Assembly: GCA_951406725.2 (NCBI GenBank)
Contig: OX597830.1
Location: 63,054,001 to 63,118,000, forward strand
From: Octopus vulgaris
Lineage: Eukaryota
Reading direction: 5' to 3'
Length of the DNA stretch: 64,000 nt
Position numbers and translations under genes: made by a program. Below the pieces are notes generated by a model that had not been told where the DNA came from, searched no databases, and was given only the letters and a program-made list of their open reading frames with translations. Numbering within the stretch: position 1 is the first letter of the stretch; every line of letters begins with the position of its first letter. Of this stretch, positions 27,286-38,472 are shown piece after piece.

Positions 27286-28525
27286 TTAAAGTGATCTAAA
27301 TTGAAACCTTCCATTAGAATTTCATGTTAACGTTTCAGACACCAGCTGAATGATGACAGAATTGAAACAAAAGCACCGTATTTCAACAGAAATATGGAAA
27401 GAAAAGAATTAAATACAATAATTTAACCAATCCTTTTTAAAGATGAAAGGCTGTAGTTTAATCTTTCCGCATTCAGATTACTCTGTCAAATGTAATGCTT
27501 TTTCATTCACATTGTTTTTAATTAATCACTCGTTATCTTGTAGATTCAAAATTATGATGATGTGATTGTTTATTTTTAGAATGACATTGAAGTGTAGATG
27601 TAACAGGCTGGATCTGGCTGGTTAGAACTTACAAACAAGTAGCATATTTGGGTTGGATACAGCTGGTTTAAATGCAAAAGGGTTAAGGAAGAGTTGGCTG
27701 CTATTTCTAGCAGGTTGAGTGACCAAGTAGATGTTCTCTTGTTAGCTTGTGAGTCAGTTAAAAGTGATTGTAATTTGGTGACTAGTAGTCTAAAACGAAA
27801 GACTTTAGTTGAAGTGGCTTCGTGAAACTGAAACCAAAAGGGTTGAATGACCACTTGAGTTATGCTGCAACAGTTTCTGACTCATTCTGTCAGAGAAATA
27901 GAGATATTACAATGGTGGCGAGGATTTGATGCTTAGTTTTAAGTGTAATGTGTCTGCAGGTCTATGAAATATTTCCAGTGATGCTCTGAAGCTTTACAAC
28001 AATTGTATATGACCAAGTATAGGTTTGGAAAAAATTCTCCCTCCATTTATCTATCCATCCATCTCCATCACCCACTTATTCTTGTGGAAGGGGAGGGACG
28101 CAGTTCTCGGACATTCCCTTCAGAGGATCCTATCGGAAGTAACCATCAGCAAATACTTCTGCTGGATTCCCAAGCAAAACCAATTGATGCTGTGGTTATT
28201 ATCTAACCATTCTCAGTCATAATATTTACTCAAGGTTTCCTACTCATCGGCATTGTCCATAAAATCTTTCCTGAGATTCCTTCCTCAGACATTCTAGCTA
28301 TATGCTGGTAAGTATACCAGAGCTATGACTTCTCAGTGCAGACCTTATCTGGAGCAATTCTCTGATTTCTAAGCTACACACACTATTGATTAATTGCAGG
28401 CAACTCAGTGTGATTTCAAGTGACAGAAGAACTCTTTGGTTTGACCAGGCGGTTAATGTTGTCATCCAAGCAAAAATGGATAAGTCTTACAGAGCTTAGC
28501 TTGAAACTTCTTTCATGACTATTAA

Positions 28526-30927
28526 CCCTTTTTAAATGGTTGATGTAAATTTACGCACACCATGTACTTGCTTTAAATCAGCTGACTTAATCATACACTG
28601 CCTGGCTTAGAACCTGAGTTAGTACTGGTCCATCTACCAACTGATAGGCCAATTAGGTGGTCCTGCCTCTCTGGCTCTGTCAACTTCGTCTTCGCATCCT
28701 ACCACTCTGGCTCCATCAACTTCATTGTCGAATTCATGGTCATCACACCAAGCTACACCATATCACTAGTTGTTTCTTCCAGTTTGGATGATGACTCGGA
28801 GAGTGAGTATTTTCCTAGTTCAGAATCAGATGATTCCGATAGTGATGATGATATTCCAGTGAATCAAAGGTACAGGCAGGCAGCAGTGAATGGCCCTGGA
28901 CAATAGAATGTCGTGTGGCAAGCAAGAGACAATTTTATCCAACGGCATGGGTCTACTTGTATGCCTGGCATAAAGGCAAGCCTTGAACACGGGACGTTCA
29001 CCATTGGAAATCTTCCACGAGTTTTTGACGACTGAAATGTTCCAATATATAGCAGACAAAATGAATGACTATGCTGAAAACCATCCCCAGCATGGCAGTG
29101 ATTGGTTTCTAACCACAAGGGACAAAATCAATGTTCTGCTTGCCCTGCTGATACTGATGGGCATCGTGAAGAAACTGACTATGGCATCATATTGGAATTG
29201 GGATCCAGCCACATTGACACCTTTCTTTCCAGAAATGATACCACATGACAAATTTTTGGCGCTTCTTCGAAATCTACATTTCAACTCGGGTGAGAAGCAG
29301 GATGACAGGCTGCACAAAATGTCCTAGCGTTAATAAAGTGGCTGAAAATTTCGGAACGGTGTATGTCCCTGCACAGGACATTTGTATGGACGAGAGTTTG
29401 TAGAAATTCAAGGGAAGGCTCTGATTCAAACAGTACAACCCAACCAGACGTGCCTGCTTCAAAGTCAGGATTTATAAAGTATGCCAGTCAACTGGCAGAG
29501 CTTGTGGGTACACGTGGAATTACAAAATTTATACTGGTCCGGACAGACTGGGTCTTCCAGCGTCTACTATAGCGTCAACTGATGTCATGCTGGACAAAGG
29601 CTACAGTATTCATATGGACAACTGGTTTTCCTGTCCAACTGGTCTTCCTGCAGTCGCAGGCGTGGAGGACTAACGCCTGTGGGACTGCGAGGGCACACAG
29701 GAAAATATGCAGCTCGATCTTCACAAGATAAAACTCTGAAAGGGGGAAACAGCTTACCGATGCACTGATAGTGGCTTTGTCACTCTAGTATGGCGTGACA
29801 AGAAAAACGTCTGCATGTTGAAGTCTGCTAGCATGAAGGATTCTAGGAAACAAGATGTGGACAGTAATGCCATAATGAAAGTGAGTGTAGTTGTTTCATA
29901 CAATGAAGGGATGGGCAGGATCGCTCGCTCAGATCAGCTGCTGACGACACACAAACTGATGAGAAAATTTGAGAAATGGTACAAAAAAATTTTCTTGTAT
30001 ATAGTTGACATGTGTGTCGTGAACTTACATTTGAATTGGCAGATGCTTGGTGGTGTGGGGGATGGATTGACATTCAGGAATCTATTTTTCCATGAAATGA
30101 TAGAAGCATCAAACCTGCTAAAGTACAGAACGCGTGGACATCCCCATGCCAGACATTTTCCACGAATGTTCCCCCTCCCCCACTGCTAAGAAGACAAATG
30201 CTTCAAAGAGATGCACAGTATGTAAAGCAAAAAGGAAATGTAAGGAAACTAGATACCATTGTTCACAATGTGATATGCCATTGTTTGTGGTATCCTGTTT
30301 TGAACTCAACCACACTCAAATCAAGTTTTGAATTCACGTGATTGTAGATACGTGAAGTTGATCTGACTTGTGTTGCCAAGTGATCTTATTCAGGAATAAT
30401 ACTGATCGAGTGTCCTGCACAGAGATATAGGTTAGGTAAATATGCAGAACTTGCACTAAAGCAGTTGACATAAATATGCGTTGAATGTTATCTTCCACTG
30501 AGTGCTGACCTCAATCGATCTGATTACCATTGCCATGCACAGCCAACTGAATGAATCACTTGTGTAAACTGGTTAATGGTTGTTGTAAGTATATGCCAAA
30601 CCGTTCTCGGCTGCGGGGTCACTCCGAAAAGCTCTATCTGCGACGATTTCATCTCAATCGAAGGAGAGGGGCTTTCTCCATCCGGGTTGCGGATCTGTGG
30701 AATAAGCTGCCGGACGAGATAGTGAAGATGCCGACGACCGCTCGGTTCAAAGTCTCTCTTGACCAGAAATGGCCTGAACTCTTTGCATGAACACCCTCCC
30801 TGTACATAACTCCATGTCTCTCTACATGGCCTTGCTTTTTGCTTTTTGAGCCAAAAAATTAACTTAACTTAAAATGATTACCGCCAGTGCAACCTAGTTG
30901 CTTGATAAAGAGACCGTTGTCCTGGGG
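28526..30927 (+). mobile_element. Decayed piggyBac (PGBD4-like) transposon
   Basis: TTAA|CCC ... GGG|TTAA ends. Transposase motifs DESL*KFKGRL*FKQYNP, DKGYSIHMDNWFS, WRDKKNV, YNEGMG..SDQ, KWYKKIFLYIVDM, and C-terminal Cys-rich CTVC...TRYHCSQCDMPL. Stops and frameshifts present. Confidence 0.9.
30601..30872 (+). mobile_element. CR1 LINE 3' end inserted in the piggyBac 3' region
   Basis: RLRGHSEKL...RRGAFSIRVADLWNKLPDEIV...FKVSLD, followed by a (TTAAC)n tail. Confidence 0.88.
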
Positions 30928-31436
30928 TTAAATTAGTAGGTGTTTTAAGTATTTCAGTCTTCTCAAACTATTGTAGGTTGTTTTCTTCTTTTTATCAGGT
31001 GAATATCTAGTCATCCCTATCACTAACAACTTTTGTCAGCCAGGTTGACTGAGGCAAACAAGCTTTATTCCTTTTCCCCGTTTTGTTACCTGATGTATTA
31101 CACTGAACTGTGTATTACACTGAACTCCTCATATTCTTCCTACTGCTAACTGTTTCCAGTTAACCTGGCTTAACAGAAAAGTAGTCAGGTTCCTTAACTA
31201 GGATCATAGCAGTATAAAGTAACAATGAGATTTAAATTACTAACCATATAGCTTGTAGTCTGTAACCCAGTGTGGAGGTGTGTCGCTTAGTAATTAGAAT
31301 GTTGGTCTCGCGATCATAAGGTCATCAGTTCAATTCCTGGACCAGGGAGTCTCATTGTGTCCTTGAGCAAGGCACCTCATTTCATGTTTCTCCAATATAC
31401 TCTGTTGGAAAAAAATGTATACCAACCAAGTGTTAA

Positions 31437-31657
31437 CCCTTTCGTTACCGCATTTATTTTGAGATGTTCTGTGTTTATTTCACTTACTTTTAAATATAAA
31501 AAAGAATTTAGTAAAATAACTTAGTTATCATTCAGCTAGTGTTAGGAACATAAATTGTGACTAAGGTTTGGTGTAAGATTTTAATTCAGAACTTATGAAA
31601 ACAAGACATTTGTACTCAGAGCCAAAGCCGGTTTCAGCCGGGTTGGTAACAAAAGGG
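31437..31657 (+). mobile_element. piggyBac-type TTAA MITE
   Basis: TTAA|CCCTTTCGTTACC ... GGTAACAAAAGGG|TTAA. Confidence 0.9.
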
Positions 31658-32119
31658 TTAATGTAGCCTCCTCTCTCTCTCTCCCACCCTCCCTTCCACC
31701 CCCATCTCTCTTTCTCTCAGTTGGCACACCCTGGATATTCTGCTTGGATCAAAGTTACAAGGGCTGAGATGTTGTCTCTGTCTGACTACAATTACACAGT
31801 CACCTCAAACAATTGGTGAAAGTGTGGTACATGCTACCAAGTCCTACTTACTTGTGAGTGACTGCTGTGATTCTGTGGTGCAGTACCCTCATTCCACAGC
31901 CATTGTACCATAATACTACCATTAACCTCTTCATGATTTTGTCTATAGTTCTGATGAAATGCAATGTTTACGTGCTTCTTTTTATTTAGAGAATAACCAA
32001 GAATTTAGAAGGATGACTCTGTGATTAAGGAGTTTACTTCTCAACAACCTGATTTAGGGTTCAGTGCTCCTGTGCTTAATAATCCCAGTTCAATAAGAGC
32101 CTTCTGAGTGGAATATATA

Positions 32120-32560
32120 TATATGGATGGGGACAGCTGTATAAAGAAGTGCCAAGCTCTAATTGTGGAGGGTACCTCTGGAAGGAGTAGATCCAGGAAT
32201 ACAAAGGACAAAGGGGTGAGAAAGGATTTTTGGATGCTGGGCTTCAATCAGGGAAGGACCAGGGAGATGTGGGTATTTGCTGTACTTGCTAAGACACATC
32301 AAGCTAAGTGGAATTGCTGTGTCCTACATATACAGGTTTGTCCTTTCAGGTGCTGGTGCCACTTCAAAAGCGCCTTTGCAGGTGGCACATAAAAGGCACC
32401 CAGCTTGTTAAGTTGTTGGTATTAGGAAGGGTATCCAGCCATAGATACCACGTCAAGAAAGACAACTGGAGTCTGGACAGCTTCCTGCTAACCAGCTCCA
32501 TTTCAATCCATCCAACCCATGCCAGCATTGAAAGTGGACATTAAGCGATAATGATGAGGT
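32120..32560 (+). mobile_element. RTE LINE 3' fragment plus 3' UTR
   Basis: MDGDSCIKKCQALIVEGTSGRSRSR...WVFAVLAKT; homologous to 63596-64000. Confidence 0.75.
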
Positions 32561-32954
32561 GCAGGGGTGGTTGTGTGGTAAGTAGCTTGCTTCCCAACCA
32601 CTTGGTTCCAGGTTCAGTCCCACTGCATGGTACCTTAGGCAAGTGTCTTCTATAACCTCGGTCCAACCAAAACCTTGTGAGTGGATTTGATAAATGTATA
32701 TATATATATGTATGTATATATCTATGTGTGTGTCTCTCTGACTCTGTGTTTGTCCCCCCCCCCCCCATCACTGCTTGACAACTGGTGTTGATGTGTTTAC
32801 ATCCCCATAACTTAGCAGTTCAGCAAAATGAGACTGGCAGGGTTAGTACCAAGTTTTTTTTAAAAAGAAGTCCTGGGATTGATTCATTCAACTAAAAACC
32901 CTTCGAGGTGGTGCTCCAGCTTGGTCACAGTCAAAATCACTGAAACAAGTCAAA

Positions 32955-32999
<45 letters not shown>

Positions 33000-34450
33000 T
33001 AGCAAATGCACACATGTCAATCCATTATGGCCTTTTCTAATGACTCCCTTAATTGATTAATGAGTACATTATATCAATTCCAAAGAAACTGTTTTCTGCA
33101 GATGAATATTTTACAATGAAGGACATTCCAAATTTAACACAGTTTAAAATTTTTTCGACCCCAGAGCCAACGTTTCCAACATTCTGCTGCTATTTCAGTT
33201 GACAGAAATATCATCCTCATCATTTAGCATCCGTTTTCCTTACCAGCATGGAAAACAGATGTTAAATGGTACGGGTTTGATAGTTTGACAGAAACTGGCA
33301 AGTTGGAAGACTGCACCAAACTCTACTTTCTGCTTTGACATAGTTTCTGTGACTCGATGTTCTCTGTGTGTGTGTTTGCTTGCATTTGTGCTTATGAAAA
33401 ACCTGAGCTACAAATGACAGTGTGATTATAATTTCCATTGTCAACAAATCAACTATTGGCTTTGTGTCTTCAAAGACCCTAAACCTTGCTTGAAAAATAG
33501 GTAAGAATTAACAAGAAGGGAATCCAGCTATAAGCGAATGCCTTGATAATGTAATTCATGTAACCCATGCTAACCTGGTAGAATAGACATAAAGGAGAAC
33601 AGACAAAATTTGTTGTTATCGAGAGTTTGGAAACATAACGAAAGGTTTTCACATAAAATTATGACAGATTCTAATTTAAATATGAACACTTGAATCCCTT
33701 TTTTTGTTACCATATTAGTTTAACTGCACTGCTTTTGTTTCAATTAATTTTGAAAATATTTAATAATTTACTAAAGTAACTTTGTCATTAAACTGGTGTT
33801 TGGAATGTAAATTTACATAAAATTTTGATTGGAAGTTTTCATTTAGATCTCGTTAACTCTTTAGTTACCATATTTCTGTTGAGATGTACAGCCTTTGTGT
33901 AAATTAATTTTGAAAATAATCAAGAATCTGGTAATGCGAGCTAGCAGAATCATTAGCATGATTAGTATTTCGTCCATCTTTATGTTCTGAGTTCAAGTTC
34001 CACTGAGGCTGACTTTGCCTTTCATCCTCTCAGGGTCAATAAAACAAGCACCAGTTGCTCTAGGGCTGATGTAATTGGCTTAATTACTCCTGGGTAAGAG
34101 TATTTTTAATTACATCCCTTCTGCCAAACCATGTCGAGCCAGTGTGGCAGAGTAGGCTCGTCCGACCCCGTATGATCCTGAGCTCACATTCATGGCCTCC
34201 ACATCAGGCCATGATTGGTGCAGAGAAAGAACCTGCAGCAGACTGAACATGATCAATCCAATCCAATTCAGTTTTTTGTTGCAAAGGCACAGCTTAATGA
34301 CAAGTGTTAAGCTTTGATGGCAAGATTTTACTCAAATCACTCTAAAATGAAAAGCTTCATAGAACCAAGCGCAGATCGGATGGGTTGGTAACAAAAGGGC
34401 TGAATTTAGCTTGAAATTTTGATGGAAAGCATGAATTTAGATCACTTTAA

Positions 34451-34657
34451 CCCTTTCCTTACCAACCCAGCTGAAACCACCTCTGGCTCTGAATACAAAT
34501 GTCTTGTTTTCATAAGTTTTGAATTAAAATCTTTCACCAAACCTTATTTTTCTAACACTAACTGAATGGTAACTAAGTTATTTTACTAAATTCTTTGTTA
34601 TATTTAAGTAATGAAAGAAACACAGAGCATCTCAAAATAAATACAGTAACGAAAGGG
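34451..34657 (-). mobile_element. piggyBac-type TTAA MITE nested in a related MITE
   Basis: TTAA|CCCTTTCCTTACC ... GTAACGAAAGGG|TTAA; host MITE sequence is continuous across the insertion. Confidence 0.85.
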
Positions 34658-36361
34658 TTAAACCAGAAAGTTTTATATCACAAAACCAAGGGCATTCTCA
34701 GGTGGGTTGGTATCAAAATGGATAGGGTGTTTTGGGGGGTTTTTTTTTATGTATCCTAGAATCAGAGATAGTTTCTGACAAGTTGGTACCAAATGGGTTG
34801 GCAGAATGTAAAGCTTTGAACATGTTGATTAATGAAGTTTGACCAGGAACTATGAACGTGGGGAGTGATGGTGGTGGTGAATAAATTAATTAGAGACAGT
34901 AATTTATTTAGCTGTGTTTGTCTGACATCTAAAACAATATATACCTTTCAGATAGGCAATGTAATGATCTGTATTATTTAATTAGAAACAATACGGACAC
35001 TAATGAAGATTGTGTGTGGGCATGTTTGAGAAGCCTGCATGATTACTTCATAGAAAAGCTAATGTAAACAGAACTGGTGAAATGATAGTGTTTGTTTTGT
35101 TCCACAGGTTTTTCTTATGGTTGAAATGGGAAGTAATTGCAGTAGGATGCTCTTCCTGTTGCCAATCCTCCCATTATAAGTTTTCCAAACAAAGGATTTT
35201 TTTCTAATTCCAGAGTAATTTAAAAGTGCAGAACTTGCAGATGACATGTTAATAGGAAATGTCAAGAACTGTCATTGTTTATAGCTATAACTTAGCTAGG
35301 TTATAAACATTCACGCACACACATACACACGCAAGCTTCTTTCAGTTTCCATCCACTAAATTTTCTCACAAAACATTGGTTGGCCCAGGACTATAGAAGA
35401 CGCTTCTCAAGGTGCCACATAGGGGACTGAACCTAAAGCCATGAGTTGAGTGGATTTATGAACCCCACCACCCGGTTTTCAAGAAGCTGTATAAGTGGCT
35501 CATGGGCTTAGTTTCATGCCAAAGCCCTTGTCCATCTGGATAAATGCTACTCTGGCACAGAATTCTAGGCCTTAGAGTAACTTATGTAAAAGTAAAATAA
35601 TATAAATACTTTGCTGTATTATGTATTGAGTTCTTTTTCTCCTGTCTGAATAAACTACATAAATGCTCTGTGTGTGGTCAAGAAGTTCAGTGCACAACTT
35701 TCCGGTCTAGTGTTTCAGTCTCACTGTACAGCGCCTTGACCAAGTACTTTTTTCATAGCCACAAGCCAATGAAAGCCTTGTGAGTGTATTTGCTGGATGG
35801 AAACTGAAAAAAGCTTGTGTGTGTCTCCTTGTCTAGGTATTGCATGCTAATTGTAAACATGTGCCACTGTCATGTGGCTCTTAGCACTTGTTTGCAATCT
35901 TCACTTGAAAACAAGTCCTGTCAATCTACAGTTCATATTTAAAGAATTAGGGGGAAATATTTCTTTGCTTGTAAACAAGTGAGGGTTTGGTAACAGGAAG
36001 GGCATTTGTGCATAGAAAATCTACCTTTACAAATTTCATCTGACTCATGTGAGCAAAGAAATGTAGACATTAAAACAACAATGGTGTGTGTGTATATATA
36101 TAAAAAGGGTAAAGACCCCCTTCGGTCATGAATGACCATGGGATTGCACCTAGAAAGTTACCCTCCTAGACACAAGTCCGGGCAAGGTTGTTTATGGAAG
36201 ACCAGCAGTCGCCCATGCATACCAGCCTCCCCTCTCCACGCCACCAGTGTTATCCGAGGGAAAGACAAAGGTTGATACAGCTTGGCACCAGTGACGTCGC
36301 AACTCATTTCTACAGGTGAGTGAACTGGAGCAACGTGAAATAAAGTGCCTTGCTAAAGAAC

Positions 36362-36402
<41 letters not shown>

Positions 36403-36477
36403 CATTGTTCCATGATGGTAAGATAAAAGTACTCCATCTGGTGAGAGAAATATGTATTGTGTTTATCAAATAATATA

Positions 36478-37397
36478 TTGGATCATTCCATAAATAATGC
36501 AGTTTCTTTTACACTTCTTTAATTTCTCAAAATTAAGATAAACAGTTCTTTTTTTAATCTAAAATATACTCTCCTTCATTTTCTACAATGCTCTTCAATC
36601 TATCTAGTAGAGTTGCAAGGCCCCTTTTCCAAAATTCACTTGTCGGTGATGAAAAATATTCCTCTGATACAGTTCTTACCTTGTCTAAAGAATTCATATT
36701 TTTTCCATCCAAATGATTTTGAAGACAGTGGAATAAATGATAATCAGATAGGGCAATGTCTGGCAAATATGGTGGGTGGAGCATCATTTCTCATTGAAAT
36801 CACTCCAGCCTTTGGAATGTCATCTTTGCTGTATGTGGCCAAGCATTATCCTGATGGAAGAACACCTTTCGTCTTGAAACCAAAGACAATCATTTATCTT
36901 CTAGCACTGGTGCTGACGAATGGTTGAATGACCAAATCCAAGCTTCTCTGCTAGTTCCTCCAGTTACAATGGAATTTTGTTCCACCAGGGTTTGCAGGAC
37001 ATCCTTGTTGAGCTCTATGGATCTTCCAGGACAAGGCTTGTCTTTTAGGCTGTAGTTTCTGGCTCAGAATTTCTAGAACCACTGTTGACACTGGCTTCTG
37101 CTTATTGTCCAATTCCCATATGCTACAATAATATTCCTCACACTTTCCGTTGTGTTGTTGCTTTTATTTAACTCATAAGGCAAAATATGCTGAATATGCT
37201 CTTTTGTCACTTCCATTATAGCTTTCCAAAAACAACTGATAAAATCAAACTGCACTCTTCAAAACTTGTGCTAAGAATAAGTACAAGGTAAAATTACTAC
37301 CTGCTTTTATAGCAAGTTGATGCAGGTGGTTTATCCTGTCTCCCTCCGACTTTTAGTTCATGCAATTGAAAAAAAACACATTTATGGGATGACCTAA
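36478..37397 (-). mobile_element. Internally deleted mariner transposon
   Basis: TA-flanked TIRs (TTGGATCATTCCATAAAT / ATTTATGGGATGACCTAA), N-terminal HTH MEVTKEHIQHIL..., and C-terminal HQDNA, HPPYLPDIALSDYHLF. Confidence 0.9.
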
Positions 37398-37399
37398 TA

Positions 37400-38130
37400 C
37401 AGGGGTTGGACAAAATAATGGAAACACCTTAAAATTTCAAACAAATTTATTTTAATATGGGGTTGGACTGCCTTTGGCAGTAATTACAGCTTGAATTCTA
37501 TGAGGTATGGACTCGTACAAAGTTTGAATTATTTCCAAAAGAATTTTTGTCCATTCTTCAGCTAAAACAATCTCCAGTTCTTGTAGTGATGATGGTGGAG
37601 GATATCGACTCCTTACTTGTTTTTCTAAAATGCACCATAAATGCTTAATAATATTAAGATTTGGGGTCTGTGATGGCCAGATAAGATTTTCAACTTTACT
37701 AGAATGTTCCTCGTGCCATTCAGTAACAACTTTAACTGTGTGAATTGGTGCATTATCATCCTGAAAGATTGCGTTTCCCTCCAGAAACAGTTCCGCAACC
37801 ATAGGATCATCCCAGATCCTCCCCAGATCTTCCTCCATATTTAACTGTTGGAAGAAAGTAGTTTGGATCAAATGCTTCTTTTGGCTGTCTCCACACGTAT
37901 ACTTAGCTGGTGGTTGGAAATAAGGTAAAGGATGACTTGTCCGAGAAAATAACATTCTTCCACTGTTCTAGGGACCAATTCTATAGGTTTTTACTCCACT
38001 CTAAATGCTTTGCAACATTTGTTTTTGAAAGTAGTGGTTTTCTGATTGTAGCCCTCCCATGAATTCCAGCTTTGTGCAGCTTCCGGCGAACAGTTTTTGT
38101 AGAAACTGGGTTCTCAAGTGGTCATTAAGC
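37400..38130 (-). mobile_element. Truncated Tc1 (DD34E) transposon
   Basis: TIR CAGGGGTTGGACAAAATAATGGAAACACC after TA; FQDDNAPIH...WPSQTPNLNIIKHLW...RIQAVITAKGSPTPY. Confidence 0.9.
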
Positions 38131-38276
38131 ACATTGTTTTGTAAGATTCCTGATGTGAAATCATGTGTTGAAACGGATATTGTTGTATTTCAGGATGGTC
38201 ATTTGATTCCCCCCCCCCCCCCCAGATAAACACATGCCCTATATATTTTTTATAATATTTTTTATTTGCTTGTTTA

Positions 38277-38472
38277 TTACTGTTCTTATTTTAATATTTT
38301 AAATCCTGAGCATCGTCTGGAAAGCTTTCATCACATATCTGACCTCTTCAGCGGGCAGAATGGAATAAGTGGAGCAAGAACACACATGAAAACCAAAAAT
38401 GTTGAAGAGGTCACAGACGTGTGGCGAAAGATTTCTGGACAATAAGCTAAAATATTAAAATAAGAACAGTAA
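38277..38472. mobile_element. Inverted pair of Penelope-like pLTR fragments, each with a degenerate hammerhead core
   Basis: ~75-bp inverted arms containing (C/T)TGAAGA-GGTCA..GTG..-GAAAG(C/A)TTTC. Confidence 0.5.

Noticed and set aside
28262-28295. Minus-strand CTGAGGA...GAAA hammerhead-like words
   Set aside because: No convincing stem I or stem II pairing; likely chance.
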